Assembly: GCA_025594325.1 (NCBI GenBank) | Contig: JANHCV010000001.1 | Location: 1,798,001 to 1,862,000, forward strand | Source of the DNA: Blastocladiella emersonii ATCC 22665 | Lineage: Eukaryota; Fungi; Blastocladiomycota | Direction: 5' to 3' | DNA length: 64,000 nt | In this document: one piece after another, positions 34,109 through 45,783 of the stretch | Layout of the letters: the number at the start of each line of letters is the position of its first letter | How positions within the stretch are numbered: the first letter of the stretch is position 1 | The notes under the pieces: model-generated | Databases searched by the model: none | Told to the model about the DNA's origin: nothing | Seen by the model: only the letters and a program-made list of their open reading frames with translations | Translations under genes and position numbers: made by a program

Positions 34109-34656
34109 ATCAAGCAATCAATAACTTTTTTAACAACAAACGTGTCGCAGTGCGTTGTTTCTGAGACCATCACGACTACTATCGTCACGTCCCAGTCAAG
34201 CGCTTCTTTTTCGACCACCGCTTCGCACTCGCTTCCGACCTCAACCGTCTCTACCACTCGCTCTTCGTCGCTGCCGACCACTACCGCCTCGGCCACCTCG
34301 TCGTCGACCTCGACGCAAACCTCGGCCGCCCCTACAACAAACACGAACGGTCCGCCTGCAACCAACACCAACGGTGCCCAGACGACGACTAAACGAATGG
34401 TCGTCCGACTACTGCTTCTACCACAACCTTGACTACGACCACCACCGCGACGGTACCCGGCGGGGGTCGGCCGTCGACCACGACCACGTTTGCGGCGTGG
34501 CCCGTCGTCGCGGTCAGTCTCGTTGCGGTGCTGGCCGCGGTGGGTCTCTTCGTCGCTCGCCGCCGCCGCCGCCACCGTTGCCAGGCTCAGCGCGACGTCG
34601 AGTACGCGCAGCTCGAGGCGCCGGTCGAGGTGCCCGCTGCTCCCCTCCTCTCGTAA
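34109..34656 (+). pseudogene. Thr/Ser-rich single-pass membrane protein reading frame with an apparent 1-nt frameshift
   Basis: A T/S-rich frame (34109-34392) with TNTNG repeats continues in another frame as TNGRPTTAST...AAWPVVAVSLVAVLAAVGLFVARRRRR. The 5' end or signal peptide was not found. Confidence 0.45.
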
Positions 34657-34838
34657 GGTTTCTGCGCGACGACGTGCAGATATAACACTTGCCCGCTCAA
34701 GCTCGCGGCACTCGTCTGAGTTGTTGTTGTTCGCAGTTTTGCTCCATCTTCCGTGAATTCGAATGATCTTGTTCTTCCACTCGTCGCTTCTCCAGTCCGT
34801 GAACGTTCAGATAACCCGTGCGTGGGCGGTTCTATTCA

Positions 34839-36536
34839 TCACGAATGAGCCACCGACCCGTCGTCCTCGTCCTGCGGCGGACCCATCAGGTAGCTGTTGA
34901 GCCGCTTGAGCGATGCGCGCGACGGCAAAGACTACAACGAGCGCGATCCGGTGTCAGCTGTCGTTGCATCACGTCCATACCAACTCGAGACACGTACCCG
35001 CGGATGATGGTTCGTGATCCATACGAGGGCCTCGCGGACCGCATCCTTGTCGATCGCCGCACCACGGCTCGCATCGCCGTCCCGGCGATCACCCGTGACC
35101 GCGTCGCCAAAGTGCTTGAGCACGAGCAGGAGCGCGACGGCGACGCTGCGGTCGCGGCCCTGGTTGCAGTGGACGAGCACGCGCGGCGGCTTCGACTCTG
35201 AGCTGCTCGGGACCACGTTCTCGCGGAACCACGCGTCGACGACGGGGAACGCGGCGCCGAGCGCGGCCTGACCCTTCTTCCCCTCGGGGACCTGCAGACA
35301 CAGGAACCGCGCGCGCGTACCGTCCTCGTCGGCGGCGTAGTCGGGGTACTCGAGGTCCGTGCAGTTGATGACGTGCGTGAACCGGTCCCACGGGCGCGAC
35401 GCGGGCCGCGCGGCGCCGCGCGAGCCGACCGTGAGCCAGGTCCCGGGCAGGTCGCTCGCGTACCCGTCGGCGCCGTCCGCGTCACCCGCCGCGGTCGCGC
35501 TACTGCTGGACTTGAGGTTGTCGAGGAACGCGTCGCACGCCTCGGCACTAGCGAGGATCGACTCGCGGTTGGCCCAGAACACGGCGGGCGTGAGCCCCGA
35601 GCTCCAGTTCTCGTCGTCGTCGGCCGCGCCCTGGATGTACACGTAGTTGCCCGAGCGGTACCCGTCGGCCGAGTCGACGACGCGCGACGCGGTCAGGCAG
35701 TAGACCGGGTGGAAATCGAGCGTCGCCGGATCGACGCGCTGGATGGCGAACGAGTCGGGGCCAATCCACAGCGGGCGCAGTGGTTTCGAAAGCGCGGGGA
35801 GACGTAGCCGCGTGGACCGGAGCCGCGGGAGGATGGCGTGGTCCAGCGCGTGCTGCATGCCCGCGTGCTCGGACTTGCTCACGAGCGAGGGAAGGGTCCA
35901 GAGCGGCGCGTGCTGGGCGGGAGCGGCGTCGCTCGGAGGTGCTTCGCCGTCGGTGGTGGGAGCATGGTTCGGGAACAGTAGCGCGTTCATGGCGGCGCAC
36001 CACAGCGGGACGGTCCGCGAGAGTGCATCCGGGAAGCGCTTCCCGCGGCGAGTCGAGTCGACGATGATCACACTAGGCGGGGCATACGTCAGGTAACGGA
36101 GCTCGGGTCACGGCTGTGCATGGCGTTCGTACCCTTGCTGCTTCTCAATCAGCGCGAGCAGGTGCAAGTTGAGCCGTCGCGTCGGCACGTCCCACTTGCC
36201 ATAGTGCCCGTCAGTCGACTTGAAGTAACACGTCTCGGGGACCGTCTAGACACCCTCGCTGCATCAGCATCCCGCACCATTCCCATGCCAATCCCTCCTG
36301 CGTCGTACCGCCGGATCGGCATACCACCGGCCGCAACGGAGGTTCAGGGCAAGCGGAAGCTGCAGCTCATCGGCGGCCTGACGCACGAACCGCGCGTCCT
36401 CGTCGATGGAGCGCAGGATGTGGTACGGCTGGTGCGTGTGCCGCTTCAGGCGGCGGGTCCGCCGCGACTGGCTCTCGCCCAGCACGGTTTCCGGGTCTTC
36501 GTGCCCGTTGCAGGGACTTGATTCATTGGATTTCAT
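34839..36536 (-). CDS. RIT1: Initiator tRNA phosphoribosyl transferase Rit1
   Basis: ILRSIDEDARFV, NLRCGRWY, CYFKSTDGHYGKW, RRLNLHLL, IIVDSTRRGKRFPDALSRTVPLWC, YIQGAADDDENWS.GLTP, and a C-terminal DSP-like VLVHCNQGRDRS. Two introns. Confidence 0.95.
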
Positions 36537-36805
36537 GGCGAACGTCTAGTTTTGTAGCGGGCGGGGAGAGAGCGCGAGCGAGCTGAGCCACCGGCGGTAT
36601 CAAGGGATCAGCTAGCGATCACGCCGACTGCGTGCGTGAGTCAAAGCCGGGCCAGCATTCAAGGGGGGGGGGGTAAATGTCATACAGGAAACGAGATGAG
36701 ATGAGTGTGATCAAAATTGGTGGAGACAAGTCTACGCCGCGCCGTCGTCACAGAGGAGACCAACAGCGCGCGGTGAGGGAGGGAGGAGGGGGAGGGAAAC
36801 CATGT

Positions 36806-39800
36806 CTAGTTTGCCGGCGGTACCGCCGCGCCGGCCGTCGCATCCGCAGGGGCGCCGTTCGACGGTTCAGACGCGGACGCGGCGTCGCTCGGCGCCGAGG
36901 TCGGCGCGTCCTGCCCGCTGCCGCCGTCGCGCGCGAGGCTCGAGGTCGCCAGGACCGAGTCGCGGCGGCCCGTCATGAACTGGGCGCGCGCCGCCTCAAA
37001 GTCGGCGTCCACGACGGACCGCCGTTTGCGCAGCATCGCGCTGAGGTTGGCCACCACGGCCTGCTCCTTGGCCGCGTCGCCCTCCTGGGGCGGCTGGGAC
37101 GACGATGACGATGGCGCAGAAGGCGGCGGTGCGGACGCGGCGTTGGCGGCGGAGCCAAACTGCGGGCTCGGCGCGGATGTTGGTGGGGATGCCGAGGAGG
37201 TAGAGGACGGGTTCGAGGGCGCTTGCGGCGGGGGCGGCGCCGTTGCTGCGACTGCGTCATGGTGCTGCTGGGCCCGCGCGCGCAGCTCGCCGAGCATCGG
37301 GGACGGCTGGATCTCAGCGCCGTCGGCCCCGAGCTCGTGCGCGTGGCCGGCCATGGCCGCCATAGCCGCGACCGACGGCAGCACGTTCATCGCCGCCGCC
37401 GCGGCCGCCGCGGTCGCCGACGAGTCGCCAAACACCTGGTGCACGGGCGGCGACGCGAACGCGTCCCAGGTCGGGACGCGCGGGAGCCCCGCGCTCTGCG
37501 GACCGGGCGGGATGTTGGCGAGTGCGGGGGGCGGGAACAGGGCGAGCTGGTCGGCAGTCGACGCGCGGTGGTACGGGCGCGACGAGCCCGACGCGTTGAG
37601 CAGCGGCAGCGACGTGTACGACTGGAACTCGGGCGAGAACGCGACCTGGCCGGGGACCACGGGACCGACATTCACGTTGGCGAGGTACATGCCGGGCGAG
37701 TACAGCGACGGCAGCGAGGCGCCCGAGCTCACCACAGTTGTTTGCACGGCGTCACCGCCGCCGCCGTTAGTCCCGTTCGCCGCGGCGTACTCGCGCTGCA
37801 GCGGCGACAGGATCGGGTTCTCGAGCGGCTGCATGCCGTGGTGGTGTGCGGGCGTGTGGTACTGCTGCTGCTGTTGTTGCGCCGCCATGACGTCGTTGAA
37901 CGCCATATTCCCGTGGGCGAGGTGCATGTCGGGCGAGTGGCCGGCGTTCGACACGACGGGTGACGACGTGACCATGCCGTTGGCGTCGACAACGAGCGGC
38001 TGCGCGAGGAGCGGCAGGTTCGCGCTGCCGCCGGTCGGGTCGGGCCCGCCCATGCCGTTCATGTTGACAGGCGGCAGCGTGTGCGGCGGGGGCGGGGGTG
38101 GCGGCGGCAGCAGGTGCGCCGACGACGACGTGTCCTGGCCGTAGTTGCTCAGGTACACGTAGTGGTGCTCGGGGGCGACGTTTTTGGACAGCGCGGGCGT
38201 CGGGAGACCGTGTGGTGGGTCCGCCTGTTGCTGCTGCTGGTGCGGGTCCGCGTACTGGTACTGCTGCTGCTGCTGTTGGTCGAACTGCTGCTGTTGCGGA
38301 TCAAACTGCTGCTGCGGCGGCGCGTAGTTGGACTGGTCGTACTGCTGCTGGTGGTGGTGGTGCTCGCCGTAGTACCCGTGCCCAGCCTCGACTACCGCAC
38401 CCGAGTCCAATGGCCGCGGCTCGCCGGCGCCGGGGTGCGAGAAGTGCGTCGCCGTGATGGGCGTAGGCGGCGTCGACCCGACCCCGAAATGCGACGCGTA
38501 CGCAGCGGCGGCGCCGCCCACGACCGCGGCCGACGACTGGAACGGCTGGAACGCGAGCGACTCGTGGTGGCTCGAGAGCGTCGGCGACATGAGCCCGGTA
38601 CCGTCGGCGGCCGCCATGCCGGGCGGCGGACCGATCATCGAGTCCTGCTGCTGGTGCTGCTGCTGCGGGAACCGCGGGAAGGTCGGGACCGTGGGCGTCG
38701 GCTGCAGCGGCGGCGGGAGGAAAGACGAGGCGGCGAGCGCGGCCGCGGTCGCGGCAGACGCGACGGCCGCGATGGCGTTGTTGTTGTTGCTCGAGGACGA
38801 GACTGCCGGCGCCGTGCTGGCGCCCGCCTTGGTCTTGCTGGGCCGCGGGCGGAGCCGTTTCGGCGCCGGCGGATCCGCAGGCGCGGCCGACTCGAACGAC
38901 GACGGCGCGGGCTCGTGCTGCGATGGTACGACGGGCGCGCCGCTCCGTCGCCTCGAATTTGGCGCGTTACCGCTCGTCGCCGGCGCGAAATCGGCCGTAG
39001 TCGGGCTCGTGAGCGGAAACGAGTCGGCGGTGGCGGACGCGGGCCCGCCGGTCTGCCCGTCGGGGTCGGGCACGTCGCCGGTGATGGGGTCGCGCGGGAG
39101 CTGCGGGAGGCCGCGCGGGACGTAGGTGCCTGGCTCGTGCATGGCCTCGAGGGCGCCGTCGAGCTCGGCGATGCGGTCCTCGAGGGCGTGGATGTACTCG
39201 CGGGCGCGGGTGACGACGATGGTGACCGAGGCGCGCGTGGCGCCGCGCACGCTTGGCACCGCGTCGCGCAGGTCGAGCACGCGCTGCCGCTGCAGCACGC
39301 GCCGGTTGCGCTCTACCTCGTTGTGGTTCGGGCGGAAGCGATTCCTGCGTGGGACGCGTCAGTCATGGGTTACAATACGTGTACGAGGGAGAAAACGCGT
39401 ACCGGACGCGTCGCTTCTTGGTCGGCGGCTCACTGGTCCCCGCGGCGCCCGACGCCGACGACCCGGGCTCGTGGCGGTCGAGGTCGTCTTCGCTGAACCC
39501 GTCGTCGTCGTGGTCGTGGCCGAACCCGTAGTCGGAGCCCATGTGCGTCGCGCTGCCGAGCAGGGCCGAGCGCGGTGTTGGCGCCGTCGGCGAGAGCGGG
39601 GTCGGGTCGACGGAGATGGACAGGATCTTGGTGGCGCGCCTTTTCCGCGGCGGTGGACGCGCGGCCGCGGCCGCGGCCGATGGGTTTGAGGCAGCAGCCG
39701 CAGCAGCAGTTGCGGCGGCGGCGGCGGCGTTGCTGCTGGACCGCGTGGTGCGCTTTGTCGCGGGCGCCGTGGTGGTGGACGAGGAGGGCGGCGGCATGGC

Positions 39801-40793
39801 CGAGTCGGCGGCCGACGACGACGCGTTATTGGGCGCGAGGAGAGGCGTGGAGGTGGCCGTGATAAAGGGCGACGGCGCGCCGCCGCTGACGAGCATCTCG
39901 GAGGTGTGGGAGGGGAAACTGAAGGACGCGGCCGATGGCGACTCGGCAGCCGCGGCGGCGGCGGCCATGAGCGGAACGGCCGCGGGGTGCGAGTACGAGT
40001 GCGAGAGAGCCATCTGGTCCTGCAGTTGTGGCGGCGGTTGATGTGGATGAGGCAGCAGCTGCTGCTGCTCGTGGTGGTGGTGGTGGTGCGCCATGGTCGG
40101 GCTGGTCAGGGTGTAGACGGGCCCGGCGCCGTCGGTCGCGGAGCCGAACGGGTTGGTGGTGGCGGTGGCGAGCTGGGCGTGATGGAGCGGGTGATGGCCG
40201 GGGTGCTCCGAGGACACGACGAGCGAGTGGTCCGACGGGTACACGCTGGTGGGTGGGTACTCTGGCACGCACGGGGTGGGCGGCTGGTCGGCGGCGATGG
40301 TGGTCGCTGGCGCGGGCAGCGCGTAGAAGCCCGCGTCGCCCGTCACGCCGCTCCCAACGGAGTCGTAGTGGAGCGCGGAACCCTGCGACTGCTGCTGCTG
40401 CGACGGGTCCATGGCGTAGGCGTGGACGGCGTCGGACTGGCCGCCGATCGGCGGCGACATGGGGCCCGGGCCGCCGCCAAAGTTCGGGATCGGGCCCTGC
40501 AGCGGGAGCTGGCTGGTGGGCGGGTACGACGGATGCTGCTGCTGTTGGTGGTGGGAATGGTCGTAGTGCGCAGCGTAGTGGCCCTGGTCGTAGGGCGCGC
40601 CAGCAGCGTAGTGGTCGGACGAGTCGAACGGCTGCTGCTGCTGCTGCGCGTGGTGGTGGTGGTCGTCGCCGACGCGAGCAGGCAGGGTGAGAATGTACTG
40701 CTGTGGCGGCTGCGGTGGGGGCGGCGGGGGCAGTTGCTGCTGGTAGTCGTGCTGCCGCTGCTGTTGCTGCATGGCGCCGGGCGGCGAGTACAT
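36806..40793 (-). CDS. bHLH(-zip) transcription factor, Myc/Max-like basic region, with long Q/P/H-rich activation-type regions
   Basis: Spliced KKRRVR|NRFRPNHNEVERNRRVLQRQRVLDLRDAVPSVRGATRASVTIVVTRAREYIHALEDRIAELDGAL. One intron at about 39346-39404. Probable start MYSPPG at 40793. Confidence 0.82.
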
Positions 40794-41821
40794 GGCGATA
40801 GACGCGTGTGGCCGGGGAGGGAAGAGGGCGGCGCGAGGGAGGGGGAGGGTGAAAACAGCCCGTCGCGCGCCGTGCGGGCGCTGGCGGTTTGGGGCGTTGT
40901 GGCGGCGGCGGCGGCGCCTGCCAGGTTGCAGCGAAAGCGGGCGGGTGCGGCGTGTGGCGAAGTCGAAGTCGGCGGACTCGCGCGCGCGCCGGTGAGAACA
41001 AGGGCGGGCGGGCGGGCGGGCGCCGAAGTGCTGCGCACAGCTCACACTGACAGCGACGGTCGGGTCGGTGTCGATGCGCGAGTTGCAGGGAGAGGATGGA
41101 CGGCGCGGCGCAGAGGGATCGCAGAGGGCGGGAAGGGCGTCGGTCACGCACACACGAGTTATTTCGGCCGGCGAGGCGAAGAAGACAAGGCGCTGTGGCG
41201 GAGCGCGCGAGCGCGGCGGGCCGCGCGTGGGCCCACCTGGTGCCGCGGGCGCTGCGCCCGCCGATGCCTGCGCGCCCTGAGACCCGGCGCCGCCCGTCCC
41301 CCGAGCGTAGCGCACCACAGCGCTCCGCGATCGGCAAGAGGCGCGCGCGATGCGTGGGCCATGCGTGCGACCTTCGTGCCCGTGGATCGCGGCGCGCTCG
41401 CGCGACTTGCAGGGCCCGCGGATCCACGCGTCGCCGTCGCGCCGCGATCCCGATCAACAGCGACGGCGGAGCAGACACGCCACGTGAACGCCTTGTAGAC
41501 AAGGGAAGGCGTAGGTGGGCGTAGACGCTGTTTCAGATCCGCCTCGCCGACGCCCGCCTTCGTTTCCGCCGCGTCGGTGCGTCGCGTGTGGCGCAGGGTG
41601 CCGCCGCCACGTTCTGCTGCGGGGGCGCCACAGCCGGCGCCGGAATCCCCGCCACGTCGCCCCATCTGATCCTCGCACAGGAGGCGCGCTACACGGGATC
41701 CCTCGCGCGCGCAGCATCACGCGGACGCTGCAGGTGGCGCAACGCGTCGCGCGACGCGTCTCGCGCCGGCTGTCTCCACCTTCTCCAACGCTCTCAATGG
41801 ACCCCACGACACACACCAGCC

Positions 41822-43205
41822 ATGCAATCATTTCTCGAGCAGTGGTATCACGACGAGACCGCCACCGTCGCGCCATGTGTCGCCCCGCTGCCGGCGCAGC
41901 GGCTGCGTGCGCCGCCGTTGATCCCCGAGGCGCTGTCCGAGCCCGAGTGCGAGTGGCTCTTCACCCAGATCTGCCCGCCCAACACGCCGTACCACAGCGT
42001 CACAGTACGTCTGCTCGTACCCCCTTCCCAGACGTATCGCTCACGCGACACCTGTCAGATCTCGTACGACCGCTTCGCCGAGCTCCGCGCCGCCCTACCC
42101 GCCAAGTTCAAGCCGTACCTCTCGCCCGCCGTCTTCCTGCGCCTGCCCAAGGACATGTCGGGCGCGCTCCTCGGCCTGCCGTGGATGCACTACATTCTCA
42201 AGAAGGGCGCCGTCTACGAGGCCCGGTCGGGGCTGTGCGCCGCGAGCAAGAACGGCGTCTCGCTGACCCACGACGAGTTTGCCGCATTTATCCTCGCCCG
42301 CTACGCCCGCGATCCCGCCGACCAGCCCGATGATGACGACGATGACGGGGATGAAGATGATGATAACAGCGAAGTCAACTCGCCGCTCTCGTCGCCGCCG
42401 CTGTCGCGGTACTCGTCCGAGGTCCGCCTCGCCGGTCCCGCGCGCGCCGTGCCCGCCGCGCTCGCCGACGTCGCCGCCGAGTACCTGATCCAGGCCCTCG
42501 CCCCGGCCGTCCCCGCCTGGCCCGTCCCGCTCCGCGCCCTGCTCGGGCACCCCGTCGTCCTCGAGATTGCTGAACACGCGGGGTTCTTTGCCCGCCGCGC
42601 CGCGAATGGCCTTTTTGGTACGCGCTCTTCTTGGATCTCCGAACGCACGCGTCCCTGATCACCTTGCGCCGTCGCTAGACCAGTACTGCGCGCTCCTCGG
42701 CACTCCACCTCCGCGCCCGCCGTCCCCGCTTCCCGCGCTCTCGCGCACCGCGGCCGGCCGCATGTGCAACGGCGTGCTGACCGAGACCTTCCTTTCCGCT
42801 TTGCAACGTCCGGGCCCCGTGACGTGGCGACGGTACGCGGCGTTCATGGTCGCCGCGTCAGACGTGCACCGGGTGCCCGCGATGCGCGCACTATTCCGAA
42901 CACTGGACGTGGACGGCGCGGGCGTGCTGACCGAGCACGCGGTGCGCGAGTACGTGCGCGACGTGTGCCGTGCGGTCTCGCGACTCGGGCTCGGGCCCGA
43001 GTTTTCCGTCGAGGACGTGGTCAACGAGGTGTTCGACATGGCGCGGTGCACCAAGGCAAGCGGGATCGCGCTCAAGGACCTGCTCGCGTGCGGCGTCGGC
43101 GGCACCGTGATCCGGATCCTTGTCGATGTCCACGGGCTCGCGCAGTACGACGCGTTTCTCTCGTCGGGGTCCGGCGGTGGTGGCGGGGGTGGGGCGGCAC
43201 CGTGA
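41822..43205 (+). CDS. PP2A regulatory B'' subunit-like EF-hand protein (PPP2R3C/TON2-FASS-like)
   Basis: ISYDRF...KFKPYLSPAVFLRL, EF-hand-like LFRTLDVDGAGVLT, and VEDVVNEVFDMA...IALKDLLACGVGGTVIRILVDVHGLAQYD matching the B''-gamma C-terminal pattern. Two introns. Confidence 0.75.
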
Positions 43206-43347
43206 GAGTGGAGAATCAATCAATGGTTGTAGTATGGAGGAGGAAAAGTCACGACATCGGTCAGGATGCGACACACACACATGTGGCGGACAGCGAGCGG
43301 GCGAGGGAGGGGAGCGGACGGGTTGAGCTGTCGGACAGGAACACGCA

Positions 43348-44819
43348 TCACGCGCGCTTGGCCTTCTTGGGCGGCGCCGTCGCCGCCGTCTGCTGCTGCT
43401 CGTCCTCGTCCTCGTCCTCGTCTTCGTTGTCGGACGCTTCGTCGTCGGACCGGTTGTCCTCGGGGGCGCTGCCGCGGACGACCTTGAGCACGACGCGCAC
43501 GATCATGTACAGCCACATGAGGAGAAGCGCCTGGAGGGCGAGCAGCAGGGTCATGAAGAACCAGAACCCGCCCGTCGACATGTAGTGCCCGCGCTCGGGC
43601 GCCCACGTCAGCGGGAGGATCGTCGGCAGCTCGCTCCACAGGGACCACACCATGGACAGGTAGATGTAGTGGCGCGAGTAGAGCCAGACGCCGACAAAGG
43701 CGACAAACGTCGCGTCGCACAGCCGCCGCCACCGCACGTAGTTGAAGCACTTGGCCGACGACAGCAGGATGTCGCCCACGTCCATGGTCACGAGGACCGC
43801 CGACCCGATGCGCGTGAAGTTGGTGTAGTAGCTCGAGATGATGAGCGCGCAGGTGACGAGGTGGTGCGCCAGCATCTGCACGTGGTCCTTGCGCGGCTTC
43901 TCGATGTGGATCACGAACAGCTGCTGGATCCAGAAGGCCAGCTGCATCAGGTAGTACGACTTGAACGGGCCCGTCAGGTACGCGTGCGGGTAGTCTACAC
44001 GCGCGGAGCGTGAGTCGCTCGCCATCGAGCAGGTCGGGAGCGGGCGAGTGGGGGCCGTACCGATCCAGAACTGGCTCGTGTTGTACCAGTATGGGCTGTT
44101 GTAGACAAAGTACTACACGCAATGCGACCGAGCATCGTCAGCGCGCCGTGCGAGCCTCGCAACAAGCAGCAGCACCGCAGCCGTACCGTTCCGACAGAGA
44201 ACGACAGCGTGTAGTAGACGACGAGCCAGCCCTGCTCGCCGAACCGCTCGACGAGGGCGCGGCGGCACCCGAGCGCCTTGGCGGTTGGCCGCAGCACGTA
44301 GTCGATGACGGCGGCGCGCAGGAACGTCCACACGAGCACGCCAAACGCGACAAACGCCACATCGTAGGCGCCCTTACCGTACAGCTGCGTGCCGTCGGCC
44401 ACGAACCCGGGCGCGGCGGCGCTCCGTGGCCGCGGCAGCGGCTCGGTGCCGTCAATCGGGTACGACGGCAGCGCGATGTGGCCGAGGAGCGAGTCGGGCG
44501 CCAGCAGCGTGCCGCCGACGATGAGCGTGATGAGCGCCAATGGGACCTCTACACGATGGCGGGTCAGCGGAGCCGGAACCGATGGGATTCGACGGCGAGG
44601 CGGGGACGCACTGAGCTGGTTGTCGCGGTACGCGGCCATGATGGGGTGCGGATGCCATCCTGCGTGGTGCGCATCGGCATCGGTCGCGGGTGCGGCGGTG
44701 CCGGCCTTGCTCAGCGGCGCGTGCTGCTTGGCAGGGAAGGCGGGGCGCGAGACACACGGCGAAACGCGGCCCGCCATGGATGCGGCGGTCGAGTGGCGGT
44801 GGATCGTCGACGTTGCCAT
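43348..44819 (-). CDS. Ceramide synthase (LAG1/LAC1, TLC domain), copy 2
   Basis: MLAHHLVTCALIISSYYTNFTRIGSAVLVTMDVGDILLSSAKCFNY. Three introns (44549-44611, about 44113-44185, about 43995-44059). Acidic tail ending PPKKAKRA. Confidence 0.93.
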
Positions 44820-45783
44820 GGTCGCGGAATTCGTGGTCGATGCGTTGCGCGAGGGGAGCTACGGTCCGGCGGAGGAATGGAGATGAAGGGGCGGCGAGGG
44901 GAGAGCGCGGGTTCCCGGCGGCGAGGACCCGGCCAAAAGCTTGCAGTCGGGTTCGGAAGGTGGAGAGCAGGAGTTGAGGCCGGCCGTGAGGATGGCGGGG
45001 AGGGCGCGGCGATCGATGGGTGGGAACGCGGTACGCGAGTCGAGTCAGGCGGGACCTGACCAAGCCAGGCGGAGGACGAGGGTGGAGGAGAGCGTGGGAA
45101 TGGAGACGGTCCGTCGCGTCAGTCAGAGCTTCATGGGCGGGGTCGATCGAGCGCTGTGAGTTGCAGAGTTGCATGAGGGGCGGGGAAGCGGGCGGAGCGG
45201 CGGTGCGGCGCAGCACCCTGCAGGCGCGGGCCTGCAGGCGGGCCACGGGCAGAGGCGCCGCGGTGACGTGGGGGCGGTCCGCCGGGTCCGGTCTGCCTGC
45301 CCCCGCTCCGCTCCGCGCACCACCACACCACCCCCGTGCGAAATTTAATTGAAGAAGGTTTCACAAAAGTTTAACCGAGCACGGCGGCGGCGGCAATTCC
45401 AAGCGACCTCACATGACCGCGGAACGCGTCTCCCGACGCGTCTCACGCCGCGACGCGTGCGCGTGCGCGCGAATCAAAAATTGTCTCGCAGCGCGCAGGC
45501 TCCAATCGCGAGTCTCTCCGGGCAACACGGTCCACTTCTAGCACCATGCAACGCACGCGCACTCATCCGTGCTGAGCTTGACTGCCGCACCCCGACATGT
45601 AAGTCCCGCTTGCCCCCTTCCCGGATCACGCCGCCGTGGAGCTCGCCCGCCCGCCGCGCCCCGCTCTGATCGGTGACGCTGCCGCCCGCCCGCTCGCTCG
45701 CGCGCACCCGCTCCCGCCCCGCCTCGCCCTGGCCACTGTAATAACGTCTCTCCCTCCCTCGTCCCCGTGTCTCCTCCCGCCCG

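Noticed and set aside
35150-35190. HCNQGRDRS as a separate dual-specificity phosphatase gene
   Set aside because: It is in frame with Rit1 and is the known DSP-like C-terminal domain of that family.
36663-36673. G11 homopolymer between the bHLH 3' end and the RIT1 start
   Set aside because: An isolated run with no further structure; no function can be supported.
3592-40780. CAG/CAA, CAC and TCG short repeats as CRISPR or satellite arrays
   Set aside because: They are coding homopolymer tracts (polyQ/H/S) with no repeat-spacer structure.
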